Of a DNA stretch of 64,000 bases, positions 48,621-57,833 are shown piece after piece. Source of the DNA: Candidatus Krumholzibacteriota bacterium. Lineage in GTDB: Bacteria > Krumholzibacteriota > Krumholzibacteriia > JAJRXK01. The notes beneath the pieces are model-generated. The model ran no database searches, was not told the DNA's origin, and worked only from the letters and a program-made list of their open reading frames with translations. Location: contig CAVXTH010000006.1 of the NCBI GenBank assembly GCA_963764625.1, positions 768,001 to 832,000 of the forward strand. The letters are read 5' to 3'. Numbering within the stretch: position 1 is the stretch's first letter; the number at the start of each line of letters is the position of its first letter. The translations under genes were made by a program, and so were the position numbers.

Positions 48621-50918
48621 TCAAGGCGCCGCGCGAACTCGCAGAAGTCGCACCCCCGCCGCGCTCCAGGCCACACCCACCGCGCCGTCGCGGTCGGTGC
48701 GCAACACCGTCCAGCCCTGCGCGCGCAGGACCTCCAGGGTGGCGGCATGAGGATGGTGGTAGCGGTTTTGCACGCCACAGGAGATCAGCGCCACGCCACG
48801 GCCCAGGCGCCGCAAGAGATGCGCGGAGGTGCCGGTCTTCGATCCGTGATGGGCCACCTTCAACACTCCGCAGCGCAGCGAGTCTCCAAAGGCCAGAAGC
48901 TTTCGTTCCGCCTCCAACTCGAGATCCCCGGTCCACAGCATCGGCGCGGTAGAGGGACCGCCTCGCAGGACCACACTGCGGTCGTTGAAGGCGAGCGTTT
49001 GGGCCGACGGCACCGGCCACAGACACGCGAGCTTCCATCCGCCCACCCTCAGGGTGTCACCGCGGGCGATCCAGTGCGTGCGCACTTCCGCTGCGCGCGC
49101 CGCCTCCAGCAGGGGCCGGGTCCAGGAGCGTTCCCGTTCGACGAGGCCAAGATAGAGATCGCTCACCCGATGAGACCGCAGGAGAAAAACCGCGCCTCCG
49201 TAGTGATCGCGATGGCCGTGGGTCACGAGCAGCGCCACCCCCCGGAGATTGCGGCGCGCCAGATAGGGCAGGATGACCCGTTCCGGTCCGCCGTGGAAGG
49301 GGCCGTTGCCGCAGTCGATGACGAGACAGCTCCCCCGTCCGACGCGTAGCACACCCCCGTCTCCCTGCCCCACGTCCAGACTCCACCATCGCTCGCCCGG
49401 ACAGACCAGCACCCGGGCGTGCACAAGCACCAGCAGACCCAGGACAAGCCCGAGCCGCCGCCGAGCCGAGACACCCAGATCGGGAAGGAGCGCCAGCCCC
49501 AATGCCCCCAGCGCTGCCGCCCAGGCCCAGCCGTGCAGACCGGGGTGGCCCAGCGCCCCCGGATCGAGGCCTTCCAAGCTTCTCAGAACATACCCGAAGA
49601 CATGGCTCAAAAGCGCTAACACTGAAAGTGTTAGAGGGGCTAGCGCTGGCAACAGGACGGCGCTGGTCACCAAGAGCAGTCCCGCCGTCATGAGAGCGGC
49701 GAAGAGGGGCCCCACCGCGAGGTTCCACAGCGGAGCCGCCCAGGGCAGGCGGCCGAACACACCCAGGGTCCAGGGCAGGGTTCCCAGCGGCGCCACCGTC
49801 ACCGCCACCACCGCGGCCAGGACAAGGTGGCGCGGCAGTCGTGACGCCACCCTCAGGAGCGCGAGGGTCGCGGCGTAGCTCAGCCACCACCCCAGGGAGG
49901 TGACGCTAACCGGACGCGCCACGAGCTCCAGAACGCCGGCCGCCGCGAGTGCGTCGACCGGCCGACGCGGGCGACCTACCCTCCGCCCTCCCATCAACCA
50001 GGCCAGAATCGCCACCGCCCGCACGAGAGAAGGTGACAGTCCGGCCGCGAGTGCCCACGCAACGAGAGGCAGAAGAATCCAGGCGCGCGCGTCCTGCCGA
50101 CTCCTTCCACTCATCCGCAGAAGAAGGAATGCCACCAAGCCCACGTGCAGACCACTCAGGGCCAGCATGTGCGCCAGTCCCAGTTTCGCGAAACGCTCGC
50201 GCGCCGCTTGACTCAGGCCGGAACGATCGCCCAGGAGCAGTGCGCACCAGAGCGCGCTTCCCGCACCCATCCGCTCCTGCAGAAGCGCGCGCAATCGACT
50301 CCGCAACCAGCGGCGCGGACCGGGGCGTGGCGCGTGCGGGGGCGCGTGCCACGAAGGGGGCAAAAGGAATTTCACCCGCAGGATCGGCGGGCGGGAGAGC
50401 CCGGCGCGCAGGCGATCGGAGTCGTCGGGATTCCTGCGGCCCGGGGGAATCCAGCTCCGCAGCCGCACGCAGGTCTGCGCGCCCACCCGAGCCGCACCGA
50501 GCGAACTCGCCACCGCCCGCACCGCGGGTCGTCCAGCGGCGCGCAGCCACACGACCCCGCGCCCCGTTTCGTTCTCTTCGACCTGAACCCGGGCGATGCC
50601 TTCCCATGGGTCCCACGCGCGCAGGCGCGCCAACTCGAGCCGCAAGCGCAGCCCTCCTCCCACTCCGAGCAGGATTCCCCACAGGAGAAGCGCGCGCCGG
50701 GATCTCTCGCGCAGCCCCAGCCCGCACCACGCGGCCGCCGCCAGTCCGCGCGCGCAGAGATCGACCTGCGGACCGGCGAGCGCCTGCCCGAAGAGGATCG
50801 AAAGGAGAAGGCACCACAGAGGATGCACGCACCAACACCGGCGCGGCCGGCCCGAAGAGGCGAGACCCGGGAGAGGGGAAGACGGCGAAAGAGGCGAAGG
50901 GAGTGCGGGGAGAATCAA
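48621..50918 (-). CDS. comEC: ComEC/Rec2 competence protein
   Basis: HMLALSGLHVG (Competence domain), several TM segments, and a metallo-beta-lactamase domain (LDVGQGD, THGHRDHYGG, KVAHHGS, YHHP). Confidence 0.88.
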   Translation of the reverse strand: MILPALPSPLSPSSPLPGLASSGRPRRCWCVHPLWCLLLSILFGQALAGPQVDLCARGLAAAAWCGLGLRERSRRALLLWGILLGVGGGLRLRLELARLRAWDPWEGIARVQVEENETGRGVVWLRAAGRPAVRAVASSLGAARVGAQTCVRLRSWIPPGRRNPDDSDRLRAGLSRPPILRVKFLLPPSWHAPPHAPRPGPRRWLRSRLRALLQERMGAGSALWCALLLGDRSGLSQAARERFAKLGLAHMLALSGLHVGLVAFLLLRMSGRSRQDARAWILLPLVAWALAAGLSPSLVRAVAILAWLMGGRRVGRPRRPVDALAAAGVLELVARPVSVTSLGWWLSYAATLALLRVASRLPRHLVLAAVVAVTVAPLGTLPWTLGVFGRLPWAAPLWNLAVGPLFAALMTAGLLLVTSAVLLPALAPLTLSVLALLSHVFGYVLRSLEGLDPGALGHPGLHGWAWAAALGALGLALLPDLGVSARRRLGLVLGLLVLVHARVLVCPGERWWSLDVGQGDGGVLRVGRGSCLVIDCGNGPFHGGPERVILPYLARRNLRGVALLVTHGHRDHYGGAVFLLRSHRVSDLYLGLVERERSWTRPLLEAARAAEVRTHWIARGDTLRVGGWKLACLWPVPSAQTLAFNDRSVVLRGGPSTAPMLWTGDLELEAERKLLAFGDSLRCGVLKVAHHGSKTGTSAHLLRRLGRGVALISCGVQNRYHHPHAATLEVLRAQGWTVLRTDRDGAVGVAWSAAGVRLLRVRAAP

Positions 50919-50960
50919 ATCGAGCCGCGCGCGGCAAACGGTCGGTATGTGTTCAGGAAC

Positions 50961-52268
50961 TCAGGGGAGCTTACTCCCCCACGTGCGCACACAATTCCGG
51001 CCATCTTGCTTCGCCTGGTACATCGCGAGGTCTGCGCGGCGCAGAAGAACCCGTTCGTCCTCGGCGTGTTCGGGGAAGAGCGCGACGCCGATGCTCAGAC
51101 TGACCCGTAGCTTGACGCCACCCTCGAGACCGAGTTCGTTCGCCTGGACCGCGTGGCACAGTCGCTTGGCGGTGCGTCCCGCCTCGTCCAGGTCGGTTCC
51201 CGGGAGCAAAATCGTGAACTCCTCTCCCCCATAGCGAAACACGTAGTCGATACGGCGCAATTGCGCCACGAGCAGGGACGCGACGCTGCGCAGCACCATG
51301 TCTCCAATCTCGTGGCCAAATTCGTCGTTGATCGCCTTGAAGTGGTCGAGGTCAGCGAAGAGCAAGGCCAGGGGCACTCCCGAACGACGGCTGCGCTCCA
51401 TTTCCACCGAGAACTGACGATCGAAATAGCCGCGGTTGTGGACTCCGGTGAGAGGATCGTTGAACACGCGCCGTTGGCTGCGACCCACCGCCGCGATCAA
51501 GTCGCGCACTGCGCCGGCCGCCTCTTCGACCAGACCGGGTTCCACTCTCAGGTCGGCCCCCAAAGCGCCCACCAGCTGGTCCTCCAACCACATGGGATAC
51601 CAGCGCGAGCCCTGCGCCACGATCCCACCGCTCGCCTGCGCTCCCGCTTGCGCCCTTTCCAGCGTCAGACTCAAGCTGTCCTCGCGCGACGCGAGCTGCC
51701 AGCCTCGTCCCTGACCGAGTTGCCGGGGCAGGCGTTCCGCCCAGAGCAAGAGCCGCAAGCCGGGATCGTGGAGCGAGGTGCGCAGAGCGTGGAGGAGATT
51801 TTCCAGACTCGCGTCGAGTCCGAAGCTGATCCAGTCGCGCTGGTAGGTGCCGCGGATGGCGGCCAGGGTGACCGCGCCCACTGAAGACTCTGGGGGTCGC
51901 GGAGCGGGAACCGCCGGCGTCTCCTCTCGGGCGGTCCCCTTTGGGGGCGGCTGTTCCGATGGCGTGGCGGATGGCTGACCGGCCACGGCCTCTTCCGCTC
52001 GCAGAAGCGGCCGCAGGTCATAGGCGCGCCCGGACCCCTCGACCGCGTAGAGCACCACGTTCCGCGTTCCCTCACGCAGCCGGCCCACCGGGCGCAGGAC
52101 TCCCAGGGCACGCAATTCGCTCACTACGCGCATGGCGAGCGAGAAGAGTTCGCCTCCCTGCGCGAGAGCTTGCTCGACCTGCGTACGCAGACCGGTCCCA
52201 AGGCACTCCAGGGGCACCTCAGATTCGAGAAATCGCTTTAAGTCAACGCGTTGCAGCTGAGCCCTCAT
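50961..52268 (-). CDS. Diguanylate cyclase
   Basis: DPLTGVHNR, DLDHFKAINDEFGHEIGD, RRID-YVFRY-GGEEF, ADLAMYQAK. Confidence 0.92.
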   Translation of the reverse strand: MRAQLQRVDLKRFLESEVPLECLGTGLRTQVEQALAQGGELFSLAMRVVSELRALGVLRPVGRLREGTRNVVLYAVEGSGRAYDLRPLLRAEEAVAGQPSATPSEQPPPKGTAREETPAVPAPRPPESSVGAVTLAAIRGTYQRDWISFGLDASLENLLHALRTSLHDPGLRLLLWAERLPRQLGQGRGWQLASREDSLSLTLERAQAGAQASGGIVAQGSRWYPMWLEDQLVGALGADLRVEPGLVEEAAGAVRDLIAAVGRSQRRVFNDPLTGVHNRGYFDRQFSVEMERSRRSGVPLALLFADLDHFKAINDEFGHEIGDMVLRSVASLLVAQLRRIDYVFRYGGEEFTILLPGTDLDEAGRTAKRLCHAVQANELGLEGGVKLRVSLSIGVALFPEHAEDERVLLRRADLAMYQAKQDGRNCVRTWGSKLP

Positions 52269-52432
52269 GATGTCGATCCGGCGCGCTTCGAGGCGTCCCT
52301 CCCCACCTCCGTGATTCTACCACAGTCTGGATGGCCGCTTCGGCACAAAGCTTCCTTGCCCTGATGGCGTATGAAACCGTAGGGTGTCGCGAAGTCACCT
52401 TTTCAAACTCTTCTTCGACCTTACAGGGCACG

Positions 52433-54376
52433 ATGGGAAATTTTGCGCTACAACACGGCTCCACTCGCGGTGGTCTCTCCTTCTGGGGACTGGCTCTCAT
52501 TCTTGCGCTTTCGACCACCGGTTGCGCAACGTCTCCTCCCGCCGCGGCCCCTCCGCTGAGCGCGGAGGTCCTGTCCGCCCCTCTGGAGGAGGACTCGACC
52601 CTGGTCATGTTGGACTCGCTGGAGGTCTCTCAGCCTCCGTTGGTGGACGACGAGAGCCTGCAGGCCAAGATTCTGCGCTCTCATCCCGAGTTCGCGCGTC
52701 TCGAAGAGCTCTACCGCCACGGCAGCGAGGCGTACACCGGCGATCAACTCGATCTGGCGGAGGAACACTTCCTTCTGCTCAAACAGGGGCTGGACGGGGT
52801 CGAAGCCTCCGATGAGGACAGCCTCGCGGTTCTCTATCTCTCCTCCCTGAGCCGCAAATTGGACTACTTCACCGAGATCCTGGCCGAGGAGCGCTTCTTC
52901 AAGGACAGCTACGCCCCCATCGATCAGAGCCTGCAGGACGCCTATGACAGCCTCCAGACCCGCTACGGCCTGCCCGAGTTCCTCCTCCCGCAGCTGAATA
53001 CGCCAGGAGGGGGCTCTCTGGACGCGCTGCTGGCGATCGACAACTCGGCGGTCGAGAAGTGGATGAACTACTACCAGGGGCGGGGACGCCCACAATTCAG
53101 CCGCTGGCTGGCGCGCTATGAGCGCTACGGCCCCACCATGGCCAGCATTCTGCACGATGAGGATCTGCCGGAGCAGCTGGTGTGCGCGGCGATGATCGAA
53201 TCCGGACTACAGCCCGCGATTCGCAGTCGCGCCGGCGCCGTAGGCTGGTGGCAGTTCATGCGCAGCACCGCGCGTCACCGCGGACTGCAAGTCGATGAGT
53301 GGATCGACGAACGCCGGGACATCGAGATGTCCACCCGGGCCGCCGCGAAGCACTTCGCCCTCTTGCACCGGATGTTCCAGGACTGGGCTCTCGCATTGGC
53401 GGCGTACAACTCGGGCGAGTACCGCATCCAGCGCGCGATCGGCCTCTCGGGAGAGGCCGACTACTGGACCATGCGTTTGCCGCGCGAGACGCGTGAGTAC
53501 GTGCCCAAGTTCATCGCGGCCGCGCGCATCGTGCACGACCCCAAGAAATACGGCTTCGAAGGCATCGAGGGCGAAGCTCTCGCCTTCGAAAGGCTCTCGC
53601 TCGACGATGCCTACAGCCTCGACCAGGTCTCCAAGGCGACAGGGATCTCGAGGTCGACTCTCCGCGCGCTGAATCCACAGCTCCTGGCCGGCGTCACGCC
53701 TCCGGGACGGAAGGACTACGGCCTGCGCGTACCCGAGGGCGAGGCCGATGGTGCCACGGAAGCTCTGGCCAAGATTCCTCAGAACCAGCGCATCACCTGG
53801 CGTAAGCACAAACTCGGATCGGGAGAAACTCTCGGTCGGCTAGCGCGCGAATACCACACTTCGGTTTCGTCGATCATGCAGATCAACGGCATCAGCAACG
53901 CGCGCCGGATTCGCGCGGGACGAGTCTTGACCATTCCCTATCCGCGCGGAGTGCAGATCGCGGAGACGGAAGGTCACCGCTCTTCGCAAGCCGTTCTCGC
54001 TCCTCCTCCCCCCAATCACGCAGCCTGGTCGTACAAGGTCCGCAAGGGGGATACGTTGGTTCAGATCGCGCGCAACAGCGGCTGCACCGTCAGCTCGATT
54101 CGCCGCATCAATTCGATCCGCCACGACCGCATCTATCCGGGGCAAGAGCTGGTGCTTCACGTTCCGGCGGGAAGAAGAGTGGAAGGCGCGAAGCTGATGG
54201 CCAGCGCGAACTCCGGCGCCAAGAGCTACACGGTGCGCAAGGGAGACACCCTGAGCGCAATCAGCCGCCGCTTCCGCATCCAGCTCGCGGATCTGCTGCG
54301 CTGGAACAACCTGAACAGCAAGTCTCAGATCTTCCCGGGCGACCATCTGAAGCTTCAGGAAATCATCTCCAACTGA
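52433..54376 (+). CDS. MltD-like lytic transglycosylase lipoprotein with LysM repeats
   Basis: Lipobox TTGC, MIESG, GWWQFM, AAYNSGE, ETREYVPK, repeated LysM motifs (YKVRKGDTL, YTVRKGDTL). Confidence 0.88.
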   Translation: MGNFALQHGSTRGGLSFWGLALILALSTTGCATSPPAAAPPLSAEVLSAPLEEDSTLVMLDSLEVSQPPLVDDESLQAKILRSHPEFARLEELYRHGSEAYTGDQLDLAEEHFLLLKQGLDGVEASDEDSLAVLYLSSLSRKLDYFTEILAEERFFKDSYAPIDQSLQDAYDSLQTRYGLPEFLLPQLNTPGGGSLDALLAIDNSAVEKWMNYYQGRGRPQFSRWLARYERYGPTMASILHDEDLPEQLVCAAMIESGLQPAIRSRAGAVGWWQFMRSTARHRGLQVDEWIDERRDIEMSTRAAAKHFALLHRMFQDWALALAAYNSGEYRIQRAIGLSGEADYWTMRLPRETREYVPKFIAAARIVHDPKKYGFEGIEGEALAFERLSLDDAYSLDQVSKATGISRSTLRALNPQLLAGVTPPGRKDYGLRVPEGEADGATEALAKIPQNQRITWRKHKLGSGETLGRLAREYHTSVSSIMQINGISNARRIRAGRVLTIPYPRGVQIAETEGHRSSQAVLAPPPPNHAAWSYKVRKGDTLVQIARNSGCTVSSIRRINSIRHDRIYPGQELVLHVPAGRRVEGAKLMASANSGAKSYTVRKGDTLSAISRRFRIQLADLLRWNNLNSKSQIFPGDHLKLQEIISN

Positions 54377-54388
54377 AGCGCGCGCGCT

Positions 54389-55017
54389 TCACTTACGAGG
54401 GTCGAGAGATTGTTGCGCTGCCGTGAGCGCGGCCCTGTACGCGCGCGCGCGCTCCACCGGATCGGCCGCGCCCAGAATTCCTCCCAGCACCGCGACCCCA
54501 TGCGCGCCGCATCCAACACCCAGCCGAGGTCGCGCGGCCGCATCCCTCCCAGGGCGAGCACCGGACACGTGGTCCTCTCCACCAGACGCGCGAAGTTCTC
54601 TTTCCCCAGAGGGGTCACCATCGGTTTGCTCGGGGTGGCCGCGACCGGTGAGACCACCACGTAGTCTGCTCCAACCAGCGAACTCATCCCCTCTTCGTCG
54701 TGGCGGCTCACTCCCAAGAGCCGCGGGCGCAGGGCGGCCGGTAGCGCCTCGGGCGGGATTCCGTCGTCGCGCAGGTGCACTCCCTCGACTCCGCTCGCCA
54801 GCGCCAGATCGGCTCGTTCATTCACGAGAAGAAGGGGGCGCGGGGAGCTTCGGGCGAGGGTGCGGGCGCGCTCGAAGATTTCGCGCGCGCTTTGCCCGGG
54901 CCAGCGCAAATGGATGGCGTCCACCAGCCCGTACAGCGCGGGGAGCAGCTCCCGCAAGCGCAGGGGATCGAGTTCAGCCGGCGTGATCGCGAGAATTTGT
55001 GGGGTCGCGATGCTCAC
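54389..55017 (-). CDS. Thiamine-phosphate synthase (ThiE/TenI)-like protein, frameshifted near 54507
   Basis: VNERADLA, GVHL, GVSRH, TPSKP, ALGG. The expected C-terminus GAHGVAVLGGILGAADP lies in another frame and ends at TGA 54389. Confidence 0.75.
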
Positions 55018-55027
55018 CGTCGCCCCT

Positions 55028-56146
55028 TCAGAAATTGACGCCCAAACTCACGCGATGGGTGAAACCGGAGGACGAGTCCAGTTGCAGGACGTCGCCCGCG
55101 AACGCGTAGTCGACGCGCAGAGGCCGCAGATCGAGACCGGCCCCGAAGGTCCAGTCTTCACTGCCGAAGCCCCCGTGGCTTCCGACCCTCAAGTCGACGC
55201 GTTGGCTGAGACTGACTTCCAGGCCCAGGTAGAGGTTCGAGCTGACGCTCGACATTCCCAGACCGCTCCAGGAAAACTGATCGGCTCCGTTTACTCCGTT
55301 GGCGTCGACGCCCTCGGGGAGGGCGCCGTTACGATTGTCGAAGTGGGTCTCGAGGGCGCCACTGGCCAGGATTCGCAGATTCCACGAAGGGACGTTCCAG
55401 TCGTAAGCCACGCCCGGTACGAGGACGGGAGCGATGGTCTCGTTCGTACCGGTGCTCCAGGAAAGATAGGTCGAGGTCGCGTCCTGGAGCTTCACCCCCA
55501 CGTCGAGGTTCTTCCACCAATCGCGGCGCAACATTCCGAGGTCGATTCCCAAACCGAAGGAACTGTAATCGGCCACGGTTTGGCGAATGATCTTGATGTT
55601 GCCGCCCACTCGCCACGCGCCGGCCCGGCGGGCGTACGAACCCATGAAAGCCCACTCGGTGTCGCTCTTGTACTGGATCTGGTCGCGGAACTGGAAGATA
55701 CGCGTCGCCTCGTCGTCGTCGAGAATGCCGTCTCCATTGCCCCCGTTGCTCGGATCGTCCAGCACGCTGACCAGCTTATCGGTGAAAGGAATGTTATCCA
55801 GTCCGAGACGAATCACGGTGAGCCCGAGCGTCTGTTCCGCGTCCCCTCCAAGGGGATGTACGTACGAGGCGAAGTCGCGGTTGATGAGTTTGCCGAAGCG
55901 CTCGCTGTGCATGATGAGCAGGCTGCGCTTCTCCTGCCCGGCCAGTCCGGCCGGGTTGAAGAAGGTGGCGCTGGGGTCGTCGGCCACCGCCACGAACGCG
56001 CTTCCCATTCCCAGGGCTCGCGCGCCACCTCCGTCGGCCATGAATGCCCCGGCGTACTTGGTTGCGAGCGCCACGTTCGGGCCGACCACGACTGCCAGCA
56101 GCGGGAGCGCGAACGAAAGTGAACGCAAGAAGGCGAGTTTACGCAC
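55028..56146 (-). CDS. PorV/UPF0164-like outer-membrane beta-barrel
   Basis: Signal peptide, GARALGMGSAFVAVADDPSATFFNPAGL, amphipathic strands, C-terminal THRVSLGVNF. Confidence 0.8.
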   Translation of the reverse strand: MRKLAFLRSLSFALPLLAVVVGPNVALATKYAGAFMADGGGARALGMGSAFVAVADDPSATFFNPAGLAGQEKRSLLIMHSERFGKLINRDFASYVHPLGGDAEQTLGLTVIRLGLDNIPFTDKLVSVLDDPSNGGNGDGILDDDEATRIFQFRDQIQYKSDTEWAFMGSYARRAGAWRVGGNIKIIRQTVADYSSFGLGIDLGMLRRDWWKNLDVGVKLQDATSTYLSWSTGTNETIAPVLVPGVAYDWNVPSWNLRILASGALETHFDNRNGALPEGVDANGVNGADQFSWSGLGMSSVSSNLYLGLEVSLSQRVDLRVGSHGGFGSEDWTFGAGLDLRPLRVDYAFAGDVLQLDSSSGFTHRVSLGVNF

Positions 56147-56270
56147 AGTTCCTCCCCAGAAGGGACGTCAAGTTCTACAGGGGTCGAATTCCAGCACGAG
56201 AGTTGGCAGATAACAAGATTATACCGGTTGTGACCCTCCCCACGCCAGCCCGGATCGAGGACGCCGCGGT

Positions 56271-57770
56271 TCAGCCCAAACCGTAGCGACGCAGCTTGCG
56301 GTAGAGCGTGCGCTCGCTGATTCCGAGCTGTTCGGCCGTCAGCCGCCGGTTGCCTCCGTTCTGCCCCAGACTGGCCTGAATTACCGTCTTTTCCGCCGAC
56401 TCGAGGTCGCCACTGACGTCGACCTTGATCGGAGTCACCTCGGCCACCGAGGCGTCCTTTCCCCATTGGGTCGATTCCGGTGACCCCGGGGCCACCCCCT
56501 CCAGGCGTGCTTCGAGCAGCTCGAGGCGGCGCAGAACCTCCTTGAGATCGGATGCCAGCGCGAAGAGCGTGTGGGCGAGCAGCGGATCGGAGCCGCCACC
56601 CGGATACTGTCCCTGATCGCCGTAGGCCATGGGCAGAGGGCGACCTTCGTGCCCGGGCTCGCGGAGCTCGGAGGGCAGATCCTCCACCGTGAGATAGCTG
56701 TTCTTTCCCAGCACCGCGGTCGACTGCACCACGTTGCGGAGTTCGCGCACGTTGCCCGGCCACGCGTAGTGGATCAGACGCTCGGCTGCTTCCCGCGTGA
56801 AGCCCTTGCGAGAGAGACCGTGGGTCTCGTTGGCGAGTTTGAGAAAATGCCGCGCGAGCAGAAGAATGTCCTCGCTGCGTTCGCGGAGCGGAACCAAATC
56901 GATCTTTACCACCTTCAGGCGATAGTAGAGATCGCCGCGGAAGCTTCCGCGCTCGATTCCCTCCTCCAGACTGCGATGAGTGGCGGTGATGAGACGGATA
57001 TCGCTGCGAACCGTCTCCCTGCCACCCACCCGCATGAATTCCTGCGTCTCCAACACGCGCAGAAGTTTCACCTGCATCGCCAAGGACATCTCCCCCACTT
57101 CGTCGAGGAAGAGAGTCCCGTGGTCGGCCCGTTCGAAGACGCCGGGGTGGCGTTCGCTGGCGCCGGTGAACGCTCCTTTTTCGTGACCGAAGAGCTCACT
57201 CTCCAGGAGTGACTCGCTCATTGCTCCCACGTTCACCGAAACGAAGGGGGACGACGCGCGCTTGGAATTGGTGTGCAGGGCCCGCGCGACCAGTTCCTTG
57301 CCCGTGCCGCTCTCTCCGCGGATGAGCACGGGAACCTCCAGGGGCGCGAGCTGCGCGATAGTCGAGATGAGGGCCTGGATCGAAGCACTCTGTCCCGCGA
57401 TGCCCGAAGTGTGCCGGATCTCCTGCAACAGGATGAGCCGATCCACGTGCTCGGCCAGCGCGCCTTGTCTCAGCTCGCCGTGGATCACGTTTTCGCGCGG
57501 CAGGACAACGCCCTGAAGCTCACGAGTCGAAACGAGAAGGCATTCGGGGGTCGAGGGCAGGCCGCGGATGCGCCGCAGAATCGCCTCAAGGGAATGGGTG
57601 GAGCTACGCGCGTCCCAGACGAAGAGCCAAACCTCGCCCTCGCGCGCCGCCGCGAGAGCGGCCGACGCGTCCTCGTAGAACCGCAGCGTGAGACCCCGGA
57701 GATTCCATTCCAGCGCCCAAGTTCTCAACTGCGGATCATCGCTGAGAACGATTGCCAGTGCTTGCGCCAC
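56271..57770 (-). CDS. Sigma54-dependent enhancer-binding protein with atypical receiver-like N-terminus
   Basis: GESGTGKE, ESELFGHEKGAFTGA, FLDEVGE, WPGNVREL, Fis-type HTH. Confidence 0.92.
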   Translation of the reverse strand: MAQALAIVLSDDPQLRTWALEWNLRGLTLRFYEDASAALAAAREGEVWLFVWDARSSTHSLEAILRRIRGLPSTPECLLVSTRELQGVVLPRENVIHGELRQGALAEHVDRLILLQEIRHTSGIAGQSASIQALISTIAQLAPLEVPVLIRGESGTGKELVARALHTNSKRASSPFVSVNVGAMSESLLESELFGHEKGAFTGASERHPGVFERADHGTLFLDEVGEMSLAMQVKLLRVLETQEFMRVGGRETVRSDIRLITATHRSLEEGIERGSFRGDLYYRLKVVKIDLVPLRERSEDILLLARHFLKLANETHGLSRKGFTREAAERLIHYAWPGNVRELRNVVQSTAVLGKNSYLTVEDLPSELREPGHEGRPLPMAYGDQGQYPGGGSDPLLAHTLFALASDLKEVLRRLELLEARLEGVAPGSPESTQWGKDASVAEVTPIKVDVSGDLESAEKTVIQASLGQNGGNRRLTAEQLGISERTLYRKLRRYGLG

Positions 57771-57833
57771 GTCGTCTCCGTCGCGGGAATGTGGACTGCG
57801 CACGCAGTCGCGTCCCAATCCGTTGGGTTCGAA

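Noticed and set aside
52340-52356. Sigma54-like motif TCGGCACAAAGCTTCC upstream of the LysM transglycosylase gene
   Set aside because: The -12 element is CC rather than the near-invariant GC.
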